A DNA stretch of 38,621 bases from contig SKLM01000304.1 of NCBI GenBank assembly GCA_007123205.1, positions 1-38,621 of the forward strand, read 5' to 3'. A model generated the notes under the pieces. It saw only the letters and a list, made by a program, of their open reading frames with translations. It made no database searches and was not told where the DNA came from. The stretch comes from Thermoflexales bacterium (GTDB lineage Bacteria; Chloroflexota; Anaerolineae; B4-G1). Below, one piece after another: positions 20,255 to 29,285 of the stretch (position 1 is the stretch's first letter; every line of letters begins with the position of its first letter). A program made the position numbers and the translations under genes.

Positions 20255-20983
20255 ATGGATCCACTGACCCGTACGATAGTCGTTCTGATCATTCTGTTCC
20301 TCGCCGCCTTCACCGGATCCGCGTTCGGATTCGGGGATGCCCTGTTGGCGATGCCGCTGCTGACCCTGGCCGTCGGTCTCCCCACGGCGGTGCCGCTGGT
20401 CAGACTGGCTGGATCGACGATGTCGATCGGCGTTCTGATAGGGGCCTGGCGCCAGGTGGACATACACGCCGCCTGGCGTCTCGTCGTCGCCAGCATCGTC
20501 GGGGTGCCGTTGGGCGTGATTCTGCTCCAGCTGGCCCCCACCGGGGTCGTGACAGCGATCCTGGCCGTCGTACTGATCGCCTACGGGATCGCCAATCTGA
20601 CCACGCTACCGTTGCCCACCCTAGGAAGCGAACGGACATCGTATATCTTCGGCTTCGTTGCCGGTATCCTGGGCGGAGCCTACAACACCAACGGCCCCCC
20701 GATCGTCATGTATGGCGTGATGCGAGGCTGGTCACCCAAGAGGTTTCGTGCCACCCTCCAGGGCTATTTCTTGCCCACGGGATTCGCTGTGCTAGCCGGT
20801 CAGGCGCTGGCGGGGTTGTACACAAGGGAGATATGGCAGCTCTACGCCTACAGCTTGCCGGTGATTGGAGCGGCCGTCCTGGTGGGAGGATGGATGAACC
20901 GCCGGTTTGAGGCCCAGCAATTCGAGCGGCTCGTGTATGCACTCCTGGTGGCCATAGGCGTGGTCTTGTTGATCTCGGGATAG
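20255..20983 (+). CDS. TauE/SafE family sulfite/anion exporter
   Basis: About 8 hydrophobic segments, with G(S/F)AFGFGDALL and GGAYNTNGPP motifs. The ATG at 20255 is preceded by GGAG (20246-20249). Confidence 0.78.
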   Translation: MDPLTRTIVVLIILFLAAFTGSAFGFGDALLAMPLLTLAVGLPTAVPLVRLAGSTMSIGVLIGAWRQVDIHAAWRLVVASIVGVPLGVILLQLAPTGVVTAILAVVLIAYGIANLTTLPLPTLGSERTSYIFGFVAGILGGAYNTNGPPIVMYGVMRGWSPKRFRATLQGYFLPTGFAVLAGQALAGLYTREIWQLYAYSLPVIGAAVLVGGWMNRRFEAQQFERLVYALLVAIGVVLLISG

Positions 20984-21048
20984 CAGCCAGCCCGCTCAAC
21001 TCGAGCATCGCGTCGAAACGCCATCCAGCGGCGAGAGGAGACGGACGT

Positions 21049-21567
21049 ATGGACACAGAGAGCCTGATCACTCAGATGGAGGCGACGGCCGAAGCCATCC
21101 GCGCCCTGACCGCGGGCATTTCGGACAAAGCCGCGACGTGGAGCCCCGACCCGGATGGGTGGTCCTTGCTGGATGTCATCAACCATCTGACTTACGAGGA
21201 GGCGGATGACTTCCGGGCCCGGCTCGATCTGGTGCTTCACTCCCCCGAGGAAGCGCTGCCCCCCGGTGACCCCGCCCGCGGAGCCACCGACGAGAGCCGG
21301 CGGCGGGGATTGGCCCTCGCCTGCGACGGGTTTCTCGAGGCGCGGCAAAAATCGCTCAGCTGGCTGCGCGCCCTGCAGGCCCCCGACTGGGATCAGGCGG
21401 TCGAGACACCCTTCGGACGCCTCCGGGCTGGCGACATCCTGGCCTCCTGGGCGGCCCACGACCTGCTGCACTTGCGGCAGCTCATCGAGCTGCGCTACCA
21501 TTGCCTGGCGCAGGCTGTCGAGCCCTACAGTGTAGGATATGCCGGAGAGTGGCGCCAGGAGCCCTAG
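21049..21567 (+). CDS. DinB-superfamily protein
   Basis: 172 aa four-helix-bundle-type sequence with WSLLDVINHL ... AHDLLHLRQL His motifs. Confidence 0.72.
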   Translation: MDTESLITQMEATAEAIRALTAGISDKAATWSPDPDGWSLLDVINHLTYEEADDFRARLDLVLHSPEEALPPGDPARGATDESRRRGLALACDGFLEARQKSLSWLRALQAPDWDQAVETPFGRLRAGDILASWAAHDLLHLRQLIELRYHCLAQAVEPYSVGYAGEWRQEP

Positions 21568-21679
21568 CTGAACCCGGCCTGACGGCGGGTCCGGTCAATC
21601 GGGATCACCGGCGACGCTGCTGACCAGCCCTGCAGCTCAGGGACGAGGCTGAGGCTAATGCCCGTCGTGATCGCCTGGC

Positions 21680-22327
21680 TCAGTCGCCGGGCGCGATCCC
21701 GCGGAAGAACTCCGGACGCCCCTCCCTCATCTGCTCCCGGAAGTCACCGAACACGCCGGGGGCGTGAGGGTAGATCAGCTCCAGCATCCTCACACCTACC
21801 TCGCGGATCTCCCATTGGGCCGGTCCCGATATGCGGATACGGAAGAAATGGAGCAGTTCCCGGAAGTTCATCGTGACGATGATACGGGTGGCAGCCGCGT
21901 TCGGCAGCACGAACCGCGCGTCCTCCTTCCGCATCCCCAGCTCCCGAAGCGCTCGGTAGGCACCCTTCACTTCGTTGGAGAGAGCCTCCCAGACCGCCAT
22001 AGCCCCTTCGCTCGCCCGCACGTCTGGCGGCAGAGCCCACTCCGGTTCCGCCATATCGACGTACCGCTGCGACTCCTGACTGTACGAGGCGAGCCGGTGC
22101 CGCACCAGCTGATGCGAACAAGCGCGGCTAATGCCGCTGATCTCGAAGCTGGCACTGGCGTGCTCGATGATGCTCTCGTGGCCCTCGGCGACGCGAGCCT
22201 GGATGAACCTCCCCGGCTCACCACGGCTCTCGCTCTGATAGCAGATCCGCCCGGCGTGCTCCAGCAACTCCTCAGCGGTGCCCTCCCCTCTCAGATAGCG
22301 CGTGATAGCGATTAACTCGACGTCCAT
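21680..22327 (-). CDS. thyX: FAD-dependent thymidylate synthase ThyX
   Basis: ThyX signature RHRLASYSQESQRY. GGAGG lies upstream of the ATG. Confidence 0.93.
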   Translation of the reverse strand: MDVELIAITRYLRGEGTAEELLEHAGRICYQSESRGEPGRFIQARVAEGHESIIEHASASFEISGISRACSHQLVRHRLASYSQESQRYVDMAEPEWALPPDVRASEGAMAVWEALSNEVKGAYRALRELGMRKEDARFVLPNAAATRIIVTMNFRELLHFFRIRISGPAQWEIREVGVRMLELIYPHAPGVFGDFREQMREGRPEFFRGIAPGD

Positions 22328-22524
22328 GTCTGACCTCCAGTAGAGCTGGCTCGATCTTCTCAGTGCAGCGACAGCGGGATCCGCCGTCGGCCTCGGACAC
22401 GTTGGCTCGTGGGGTGTACCACCCCGAGTCGGCCCATCGCGGTCAGACCGACCGCATCGGTCGACGCGGTCGGACCGAGCGGGCTAGAGCTGAATCGCAC
22501 CCGGGGATCGGCGGTGAGGCCGCG

Positions 22525-23238
22525 TCACCCGCGACATGTGACGTCGCCGGCCAATTCTCGACCGCCCGTATCCACGTACCCGGCGGTCTCCAGGAGATAG
22601 GTCCCAGCCTCGTCCTGAGCATCCACAACCGAGAGGGGATGCCTTCCGGAACGGATGACCCACCGTGTGCACGCGACAACCACCGCCCGCCCCAGCCCGC
22701 GCTCGCGGGCAGCCGGGGTCACCTGGGCATAGATGCCTCCAAAATGAGGGGAAAGCCAACTCACCCCGGCCTCCGCCACGATCTCATCCTCCGAGCGAAC
22801 CAGAAAGCGAGGACGGCCCTCGATTCCCACGTCGGGCACGACCAGGACATTCACCTCCTGGTTCAGGCGCGACAGATCGACCTCATAGATCCGGTTGATC
22901 TGCACCTCGGCCATCTGCACCACCTCGGCCACGGCCTCCTGCAGATGAAGCGTGGTCACCAGGTAGTAAGGCCGCCCGGGCTTCAACGCCCGGCGCAGCA
23001 ACTCGACGGCGACGTCCGGATCCAGGGCACGAAGCGCGACGGTCGGTTGGAACAACCTCTGGGCCGTCTGGCAGACGGCCACAAACCCATCGGCCCGCCC
23101 CGCGGTGCCCTCATGGACGTAAAGCTCCGTGCGCTCGGGATCGTGATAGAACCCGTAGTAGGTGTAGAGGGCATCGGCCGGTGCCGATAGGCTGAGCATT
23201 GGACGGATTTTGAGGCGAAGGGCATCGAATTCAGCCAT
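22525..23238 (-). CDS. GNAT-like acetyltransferase (FR47-like C-terminal domain)
   Basis: The C-terminal ARERGLGRAVVVACTRWVIRSGRHPLSVV...ETAGY resembles the acetyl-CoA binding segment of GNATs. The N-terminal half is not recognised. Confidence 0.5.
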   Translation of the reverse strand: MAEFDALRLKIRPMLSLSAPADALYTYYGFYHDPERTELYVHEGTAGRADGFVAVCQTAQRLFQPTVALRALDPDVAVELLRRALKPGRPYYLVTTLHLQEAVAEVVQMAEVQINRIYEVDLSRLNQEVNVLVVPDVGIEGRPRFLVRSEDEIVAEAGVSWLSPHFGGIYAQVTPAARERGLGRAVVVACTRWVIRSGRHPLSVVDAQDEAGTYLLETAGYVDTGGRELAGDVTCRG

Positions 23239-23247
23239 CTACCAGCC

Positions 23248-25161
23248 TCACTCTAGCTGACTATTACGCAAGACCGGGAACACGAGGAGGCGCCAGGGCA
23301 ACACCGCCTCGACGGGTGCACCCACCACCGGGGTGAGAAGCTCCCGCGCCCGCACCTGGTAGTCGGCGTTGATGACCAGCGACCCTCGGGGCAAAGACTC
23401 AACCGAGACGGCGAATTCCGCCGTGAGCGTCTCCGAGGGCCCCAGGCTCTCAGTTGTCCAGCTGAGCCACCCTCCGGCGCTGGTGTAGTGGCCGCTAGCC
23501 CAGGTGAGGGTGGTGCTGAGAGGGACCATGTCCGTCAGCACGACACCGGTCAGGGTGACGGGACCGGTGTTGGTCACGACCAGGGCGTACTCGAGGGAGC
23601 GCACCCGCAACTGCCCGGAGCGACGCACGCCCTTGACAATCTGCACCCCCGGCAGCGTGCGCTCCACCGCAGCCAGAACATCCAGGTTGCCCCAGCCGTA
23701 GACGTTGTTCGGCACATCCCCGGTGCCGTCGCCGCCGCAGCCCTCGGTCGTCGTCCGTGGACGGGCCGCCCGGGCAATAGCCTCCTCCGTCGCGTCGACA
23801 TCCCCCAGAAGATGAGGGACCGCCGACCACAGGAGCGCCGCCGTTCCCGCCACGTGGGGCCCGGCCATCGACGTGCCGCTGAAGCTCGCGTAGCCGGCGC
23901 CGGGGACGCTGGAACGGACGCCGACTCCCGGGGCCGAGAGATCCGGCTTGAGCCGCCCCGAGCCGTCCACGGTCACGGGGCCGCGGCTACTGAAGCTGGC
24001 GATGGCCCCGGAGTTGTCGGTCGCACCCACGGAGAGAGCAGCGCCATAGATAGCGGGGGGATGTTCAACGGTGCTACAGCTTGAGCCGCCGTTCCCCGCA
24101 GACGCCACCACCAGAATGCCGGCGGCGCGCACGTTCTCGACCACCGCTTGCAGCGTCTCCCAATCGCACCCTTCGTACGGTGGGCAGGTCCACGAGTTGT
24201 TGATGACATGAGGAGCAAGATCCGGCTCGCCGTCCTGAAAGGGATCTCCTCCGAGGGGATACGGCGCCAGGAAGAACTGGAAGCACTCAGCATACCTCTC
24301 CGGAGTCCCCCACCCCCTATCCATGTTTCGGCAGCCGATCCACCTGGCCCCGGGGGCCATGCCGACGCGGTTTCCCGCCCCATCGTCGCCAACGATGGTA
24401 CCCATGGTATGCGTGCCATGACCGATATCGTCACAGGGAGCGGCAAGGTCGAAGCCGCAGGGATTGCCCGGGCTGGTACTCGGATCGTCCTCGTGGATCG
24501 CGTCGTGCCAGTTGTAGTCGTGGGTGACCGTGACACCGTCGTAGCCTCGATACTGAGCGATAAGCGCTGGATGCTGCCAATCGTATCCCGTATCCTGCCC
24601 GGCGACGACGATTCCCTCCCCGGTGTACCCGAGGGCCCAGACATCCGGTGCCCGGACATAGGCCACATTCGCCTCAACACCGGCGACGGTCTGAGGTACC
24701 AGCGGCCCCGAATCCGGCATCGGGGTGCTCATACGCACTTTGGGGTTGGCGACGACGCGGGCAATCTCGGGCCGGGCGGCGAGACGGATCACCAGATCGC
24801 GATCGCCCCGTAGAGCGATCATATTGACCAGATAGAATGGTCGGTAGTTCACGCCCGCACTGTCGAGGACCCTGCGTATCCCCGCCTGGGAGCGCTGCGC
24901 TGTCACCCGGAGCGTATCGTAGCCGTAGCGGAGACGGGCCTCCCTCCCCGATACGTCCCAAGCCCCGCTCAGATCGGCCTGGTCCCTGAGGATCAGCAGG
25001 ATATCGACGTCGGCCCCGCTGGCGCTGGCATCCCACACCTCGGGCGCGATGTTGGCAACCCGGCTGGGAGCACGTGCTCGCAACGTGCCGCCGGTGGCGA
25101 GAAGGAGCAGCCCACCCAGGGCAACTGCCAGTCCGGCGCGGAGGTAACAACGCATTTCCAT
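23248..25161 (-). CDS. Secreted S8 (subtilisin-like) serine peptidase with a C-terminal DUF11-type repeat domain
   Basis: Signal peptide MEMRCYLRAGLAVALGGLLLLATGG. Catalytic triad motifs GQDTGYD, HGTHTMGT and SGTSMAGPHVAG. C-terminal VVTNTGPVTLTGVVLTD. Confidence 0.92.
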   Translation of the reverse strand: MEMRCYLRAGLAVALGGLLLLATGGTLRARAPSRVANIAPEVWDASASGADVDILLILRDQADLSGAWDVSGREARLRYGYDTLRVTAQRSQAGIRRVLDSAGVNYRPFYLVNMIALRGDRDLVIRLAARPEIARVVANPKVRMSTPMPDSGPLVPQTVAGVEANVAYVRAPDVWALGYTGEGIVVAGQDTGYDWQHPALIAQYRGYDGVTVTHDYNWHDAIHEDDPSTSPGNPCGFDLAAPCDDIGHGTHTMGTIVGDDGAGNRVGMAPGARWIGCRNMDRGWGTPERYAECFQFFLAPYPLGGDPFQDGEPDLAPHVINNSWTCPPYEGCDWETLQAVVENVRAAGILVVASAGNGGSSCSTVEHPPAIYGAALSVGATDNSGAIASFSSRGPVTVDGSGRLKPDLSAPGVGVRSSVPGAGYASFSGTSMAGPHVAGTAALLWSAVPHLLGDVDATEEAIARAARPRTTTEGCGGDGTGDVPNNVYGWGNLDVLAAVERTLPGVQIVKGVRRSGQLRVRSLEYALVVTNTGPVTLTGVVLTDMVPLSTTLTWASGHYTSAGGWLSWTTESLGPSETLTAEFAVSVESLPRGSLVINADYQVRARELLTPVVGAPVEAVLPWRLLVFPVLRNSQLE

Positions 25162-25189
25162 AAGGCGCGATTATAGCAGAAACGGCTGC

Positions 25190-25218
25190 TTGACAAAAGC
25201 TCTTGGACAGATCATAAT
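25190..25218 (+). promoter_or_regulatory. Sigma-70-type promoter of trxA
   Basis: TTGACA (25190-25195), 17 nt, CATAAT (25213-25218), 40 nt before the ATG. Confidence 0.65.
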
Positions 25219-25257
25219 CCCAGGAATCTAATCCGAGCAACCAGTCTTGGGGGTAAC

Positions 25258-25581
25258 ATGGCAGACCTAGTGGAAGTAACCGATACGACTTTTCAGAGTG
25301 AGGTTCTGAACGCCGACGAGCCGACCCTGGTCGACTTCTGGGCCGCGTGGTGCGGGCCGTGCAAGATGGTGGCGCCGGTGGTCGAGGAGATTGCCGAGGA
25401 GTACAGCGATAGACTGCAGGTAGCCAAGATGGACGTGGACACCAACCGGGAGACACCTTCGGCCTACGGCATTCAGGGCATCCCGACTCTGATTCTGTTC
25501 AAGGACGGGGAAGAGGCAACCCGCATTGTCGGGTTCCGCCCCAAAGAGGCGATGATGGAGGAGTTGCTCCCTCACCTGTAA
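25258..25581 (+). CDS. trxA: Thioredoxin
   Basis: 107 aa with the WCGPC active site (DFWAAWCGPCKM). Confidence 0.95.
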   Translation: MADLVEVTDTTFQSEVLNADEPTLVDFWAAWCGPCKMVAPVVEEIAEEYSDRLQVAKMDVDTNRETPSAYGIQGIPTLILFKDGEEATRIVGFRPKEAMMEELLPHL

Positions 25582-25582
25582 C

Positions 25583-25611
25583 TTGACGTCAGCAGAGCTT
25601 TGTGGTATACT
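25583..25611 (+). promoter_or_regulatory. Sigma-70-type promoter of the T-box leader / trpS operon
   Basis: TTGACG (25583-25588), 17 nt, TGgTATACT (TATACT at 25606-25611). The -35 starts 2 nt after the trxA stop. Confidence 0.7.
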
Positions 25612-25873
25612 CCCGTAACAACTGTAGATTGAACGACTGCGAACGGGAATAGTAAGCGGCGCCGTGAGGTTCAGAGAGTCGGGTGCTCGAGGGTGTGACC
25701 CCGATACCGATGGCGACGTCGAATGGGCCCGGGAGTTGCCCGCCGAAACGCCAGGCCGTGAAGTGCGGAGTAGGTGGGGCCGGAGACGCCACCGTTATCA
25801 TGGCCGAGGGTATCGTCCGCACCCAGCAGGGCGGACCGTATCTGCTAACGAGTGAGGCTGGCTTTTCACCCCT

Positions 25874-25898
25874 AACGCGCCATCACGGCGCGTTTTTT
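25874..25898 (+). terminator. Intrinsic-terminator-like hairpin inside the T-box leader (Stem III position)
   Basis: aacgcgcc / atcac / ggcgcgtt, followed by ttttttcgtttt. It lies upstream of the T-box sequence. Confidence 0.5.
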
Positions 25899-25953
25899 CG
25901 TTTTCGGGTCTGGAGGGAAGCCGCCTAACCAGGGTGGCACCGCGGGTGTTCGA

Positions 25954-25990
25954 AACAAACGCTCGCCCCTGATGGGGGCGAGCGTTTGTT
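25954..25990 (+). terminator. T-box terminator helix
   Basis: A 16-bp stem, aacaaacgctcgcccc / tgatg / ggggcgagcgtttgtt. Its 5' arm (cgctcgcccc) can alternatively pair with the T-box GGG...GCG to form the antiterminator. Confidence 0.75.
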
Positions 25991-26039
25991 GCTATCTACG
26001 ACGTGGGGAGGCTCCTCGAAGGCTTCGAGGAAGATAGGG

Positions 26040-27083
26040 ATGAGAGACAAACGAGTGTTGACCGGCGACCGGCCGACGGGGGAGCTACACCTGGGCCACT
26101 ACGTCGGCAGTCTGCAGAACCGGGTTCGGCTGCAACACGACTGTGAGAGCTTCTTCATCATCGCCGACCTGCACGTGCTGAGCACGCGCCCGGAGAAACG
26201 ACACGTGGCTCAGATCGGCCATCACATCCGCCAGATCGTGCTTGACTATCTGGCCGTCGGCATCGATCCGGAGAAGAGCACGATCTTCGTCCAGTCCGCC
26301 ATACCGGGCACCTACCAGCTTAACCTGCTGTTCGAGATGCTGGTCAGCGTCCCCAGACTGGAGCGCGTACCCACCATCAAGGAGATGGCGGCGAACGCCC
26401 ATCTGGACTCGTTGCCCTTCGGGCTCCTGGGGTACCCGGTACTCCAGGCGGCAGACATCCTGCTCCCCCGGGCGCACCTGGTACCTGTCTCCAAGGACAA
26501 CGAGGCACACGTCGAGGTGACCAGGGAGATCGCGAGGAAGTTCAATCGGCTCTATGGCGAGGTCTTTCCCGAGCCCCAGGCGGTGCTTGGCGAGCTGCTC
26601 GTCGGAACCGACGGCAAGGCGAAGGCGAGCAAGTCGCGGGGCAACGTGATCACCCTTTCGGACGACGCCGAGACAGTGCGGGAGAAGGTACGCCGCATGT
26701 ACACCGATCCGCGTCGTGTCCGGCCCGACATACCCGGTCGGGTCGAGGGCAACCCGGTCTTCATCTACCACGAGGCCTTCAACGAGGACCGGGCCCAGGT
26801 TGCGGAGCTAAAGGACCGCTATCGCCAGGGAAAGGTCGGAGACGTGGAGGTGAAGAGATTGCTTGCCCGGGCCATCAACCGCTTCCTCGACCCGATCCGC
26901 ATGCGGCGCCGGCGCTACGCGGCGCAGCCCGGTCTGGTCCAGGACATCCTAAGAGACGGCAACCGGCGCATGCGAGAGGAGGCCGCCCAGACGATGAGCG
27001 TGGTGTATGATGCGATGGGTCTGCCCGGTCCCGACGCCGCAGCGGGCGCCGGCTACCCGGCCGCATCACCAGCGGAAAGCTAG
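26040..27083 (+). CDS. trpS: Tryptophan--tRNA ligase
   Basis: HIGH-type motif GELHLGHY and KMSKS-type motif KASKS, about 347 aa. Start at MRDKRVLTGDRPTG. The track ORF begins at a TTG at 25986, inside the terminator region. Confidence 0.94.
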   Translation: MRDKRVLTGDRPTGELHLGHYVGSLQNRVRLQHDCESFFIIADLHVLSTRPEKRHVAQIGHHIRQIVLDYLAVGIDPEKSTIFVQSAIPGTYQLNLLFEMLVSVPRLERVPTIKEMAANAHLDSLPFGLLGYPVLQAADILLPRAHLVPVSKDNEAHVEVTREIARKFNRLYGEVFPEPQAVLGELLVGTDGKAKASKSRGNVITLSDDAETVREKVRRMYTDPRRVRPDIPGRVEGNPVFIYHEAFNEDRAQVAELKDRYRQGKVGDVEVKRLLARAINRFLDPIRMRRRRYAAQPGLVQDILRDGNRRMREEAAQTMSVVYDAMGLPGPDAAAGAGYPAASPAES

Positions 27084-27107
27084 AGAGCTGCGCGGAAAGG
27101 AGCTCAC

Positions 27108-27830
27108 ATGTACGTGACCCGGCTGCAGATCAAGAGAGAGGACTTCCCAACGGAGCATCATTACCCCTTCAACCTGCCGATCCTGAGGAATACCTCCGAG
27201 CTGAGATTCAAGAGTCCGGTGGCCCTCTTCGTCGGGGAGAACGGCTCGGGGAAGTCGACCCTCCTGGAGGCCATCACCGCGGCCTGCGACATCCACATAT
27301 GGGACAAGCCCAGCCGACACCTGGCCCACAAGAATCCTTACGAGGACCAACTGAAGGGCGCCATCGAGATGACATGGGCCAACGGCCGTGTCCCCGGCTC
27401 GCTGTTCAGGGCCGAGACCTTTCACGACATGGCCGACTTCCTCGACGATCTGGCGCTGTGCGACCCCGGTCGCCTGAAATACCACGGGGGCCAGCTTCTC
27501 AACGTGCTGTCGCACGGCGAGGGCACCCTTAGCTACTTCAGTGGGCGTTTCCGGACTCGGGGGCTGTATCTCCTGGACGAGCCAGAGGCCGCGCTCTCGC
27601 CGGTGAGTCAGCTCCGATTTCTGAAGCTGGTTCAAACGCTGGAGGCTGAGGGGCACGCTCAGTTCATCATGGCCACCCACTCTCCCATTCTGCTGGCCTA
27701 CCCCGGGGCACAGATCTTCAGCTTCGACTCAGAACAAATCACGGAGGTAACATTCGAGGAGACCATCCACTTCAGAATCTATAAGCGGGCGTTAGAGGAC
27801 ATTGGCGCCTTCCTGGACGACGTATCGTAA
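27108..27830 (+). CDS. Stand-alone ABC/AAA_21-like ATPase (COG3910-like)
   Basis: Walker A GENGSGKST, signature-like LSHGEG, Walker B LYLLDEPEAALS, H-loop ATHSP. AAAGGAG lies upstream of the ATG. Confidence 0.75.
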   Translation: MYVTRLQIKREDFPTEHHYPFNLPILRNTSELRFKSPVALFVGENGSGKSTLLEAITAACDIHIWDKPSRHLAHKNPYEDQLKGAIEMTWANGRVPGSLFRAETFHDMADFLDDLALCDPGRLKYHGGQLLNVLSHGEGTLSYFSGRFRTRGLYLLDEPEAALSPVSQLRFLKLVQTLEAEGHAQFIMATHSPILLAYPGAQIFSFDSEQITEVTFEETIHFRIYKRALEDIGAFLDDVS

Positions 27831-27859
27831 CGGCAAAGCAGTGAAAAGGAGAATCTGAG

Positions 27860-29233
27860 ATGACCCAGTACAAGTACCTGCTAGAAGAAGACCAGATGCC
27901 GACCCACTGGTACAACATCCTCCCCGACATGAAGACCCCACCGCCACCGTACCGGCACCCGGTGACGCTTGATCTGATGGCCCCGGGCGATCTAGCACCG
28001 GTGTTCCCCCAGCCGCTGATTGAGCAGGAGATGAGCCCTGAACGGTGGATCGAGATCCCGGATGAAGTACGGGATGTCCTCAAGATGTGGCGCCCCTCGC
28101 CGCTCTATCGAGCGGTGCGCTGGGAGAAGGCCCTTGACACGCCGGCCCGCATCTACTACAAGTGGGAAGGCGTGAGCCCGCCGGGCAGTCACAAACCGAA
28201 TACCGCCGTGGCCCAGGCCTACTACGGCAAACAGGAAGGACTCGAGGGATTCGCCACGGAGACGGGGGCCGGTCAGTGGGGCAGCGCCCTGGCCTTCGCC
28301 ACCCAGTTCTTCAACATGAAGTGCAAGGTCTTCATGGTCACCATCAGCTTCCACCAGAAGCCCTACCGCCGTGTCATGATGGAGACCTGGGGCAGCGACG
28401 TCGTGCCGAGCCCCAGCTCCGAGACCAACGCGGGACGGAGCATCCTGGAGGTCGATCCCGAGACCACCGGAAGCCTGGGTATCGCCATCAGCGAAGCCAT
28501 CGAGTACGCCGTCACCCACGACGGCTGGAAGTACTCCCTGGGCAGCGTGGTCAATTTCGTGATGCTGCACCAGACGGTAGTAGGCTTGGAGGCCCGCCAG
28601 CAGATGGAGATGGCGGGAGACTACCCGGATATCCTCGTCGGCTGCGTGGGGGGCGGGAGCAACTTCGCGGGCCTCTTCCTCCCCTTCGTGAAGGACAAGC
28701 TGGATGGCAGCAAGCCAGATATGCGGGTGATCAACGTGGAGTCGACGGCCTGCCCCAGCCTGACGCGCGGCCTCTACGCCTACGACTGGGGTGACACAGC
28801 CAAGACGGGCCCGGTGGCCAAGATGCACACCGTAGGCCACGACTTCATCCCGGCGCCCGTCCACGCGGGCGGGCTGCGCTATCACGGCATGGCCCCCATC
28901 ATCTGCAGCCTGATGGACGACGGTTTCGTCGAGGCCGCAGCCTACAACCAGCTCGAGATCATGGCGGCGGCTCATAGCTTCGCTCGCGCGGAGGGGCACA
29001 TCGTGGCGCCCGAGACAGCCCACGCGCTTAAGGCCACCTACGACGAGGCCATAGCTTGCAGAGAGTCGGGTGAATCGAAGGTGATCCTCTTCAACTGCAG
29101 CGGTCACGGCCACTTCGATCTCGCCGCCTACGACGCCTACCACCGCGATGAACTCGTCGATTACGAGTTGAGCGAGAAGGCGCTGCAGGAAGCCCTGGCA
29201 AAGCTCCCCGAGGTGCCCCCCCTCAAGGAGTAG
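27860..29233 (+). CDS. trpB: TrpB2-type tryptophan synthase beta-like PLP enzyme
   Basis: 457 aa with the TrpB2-type N-terminal extension ([12 protein letters not shown]...) and the PLP-lysine motif [22 protein letters not shown] lies upstream. Confidence 0.87.
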   Translation: MTQYKYLLEEDQMPTHWYNILPDMKTPPPPYRHPVTLDLMAPGDLAPVFPQPLIEQEMSPERWIEIPDEVRDVLKMWRPSPLYRAVRWEKALDTPARIYYKWEGVSPPGSHKPNTAVAQAYYGKQEGLEGFATETGAGQWGSALAFATQFFNMKCKVFMVTISFHQKPYRRVMMETWGSDVVPSPSSETNAGRSILEVDPETTGSLGIAISEAIEYAVTHDGWKYSLGSVVNFVMLHQTVVGLEARQQMEMAGDYPDILVGCVGGGSNFAGLFLPFVKDKLDGSKPDMRVINVESTACPSLTRGLYAYDWGDTAKTGPVAKMHTVGHDFIPAPVHAGGLRYHGMAPIICSLMDDGFVEAAAYNQLEIMAAAHSFARAEGHIVAPETAHALKATYDEAIACRESGESKVILFNCSGHGHFDLAAYDAYHRDELVDYELSEKALQEALAKLPEVPPLKE

Positions 29234-29256
29234 GGCCAGGGCGTACGTCCCAGCGA

Positions 29257-29284
29257 CAGGCGGGAACCGGGGTATTCCCGCCTG
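29257..29284 (+). terminator. 10-bp GC-rich hairpin after trpB2 (no U tract)
   Basis: caggcgggaa / ccggggta / ttcccgcctg, 24 nt after the stop. Confidence 0.4.
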
Positions 29285-29285
29285 C

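Larger units (their letters stand above)
25640..25990 (+). promoter_or_regulatory. T-box riboswitch leader, tryptophan (UGG) specifier
   Basis: Stem I elements appear in canonical order: AGUA (25651-25654), AG bulge AGAGAG (25673-25678), distal loop GGUGUGA (25692-25698), and the 3' side of the specifier loop GAA-UGG-G (25721-25727). These are followed by the F-box CCGUUA (25792-25797), the T-box sequence AACCAGGGUGGCACCGCG (25927-25944), and an overlapping terminator. Confidence 0.85.

Noticed and set aside
25874-25898. Hairpin plus U tract considered as the trxA terminator
   Set aside because: It lies about 290 nt after the trxA stop, downstream of a strong promoter and of T-box Stem I. 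It is more simply explained as part of the trpS leader, and is reported there as a finding.
25683-25928. 81-aa ORF (and 25664-25855) inside the trpS leader
   Set aside because: The region carries the ordered T-box structural elements, and there is no RBS. The ORFs are explained by GC richness.
27992-29143. 383-aa minus-strand ORF opposite trpB2. Similar antisense ORFs occur at 14531-15619, 15920-16705, 10682-11713, 26085-26771 and 27066-27680.
   Set aside because: All lie inside well-supported genes on the other strand, are rich in Arg, Gly, Ala, Val and His, and have no recognisable domains or ribosome-binding sites.
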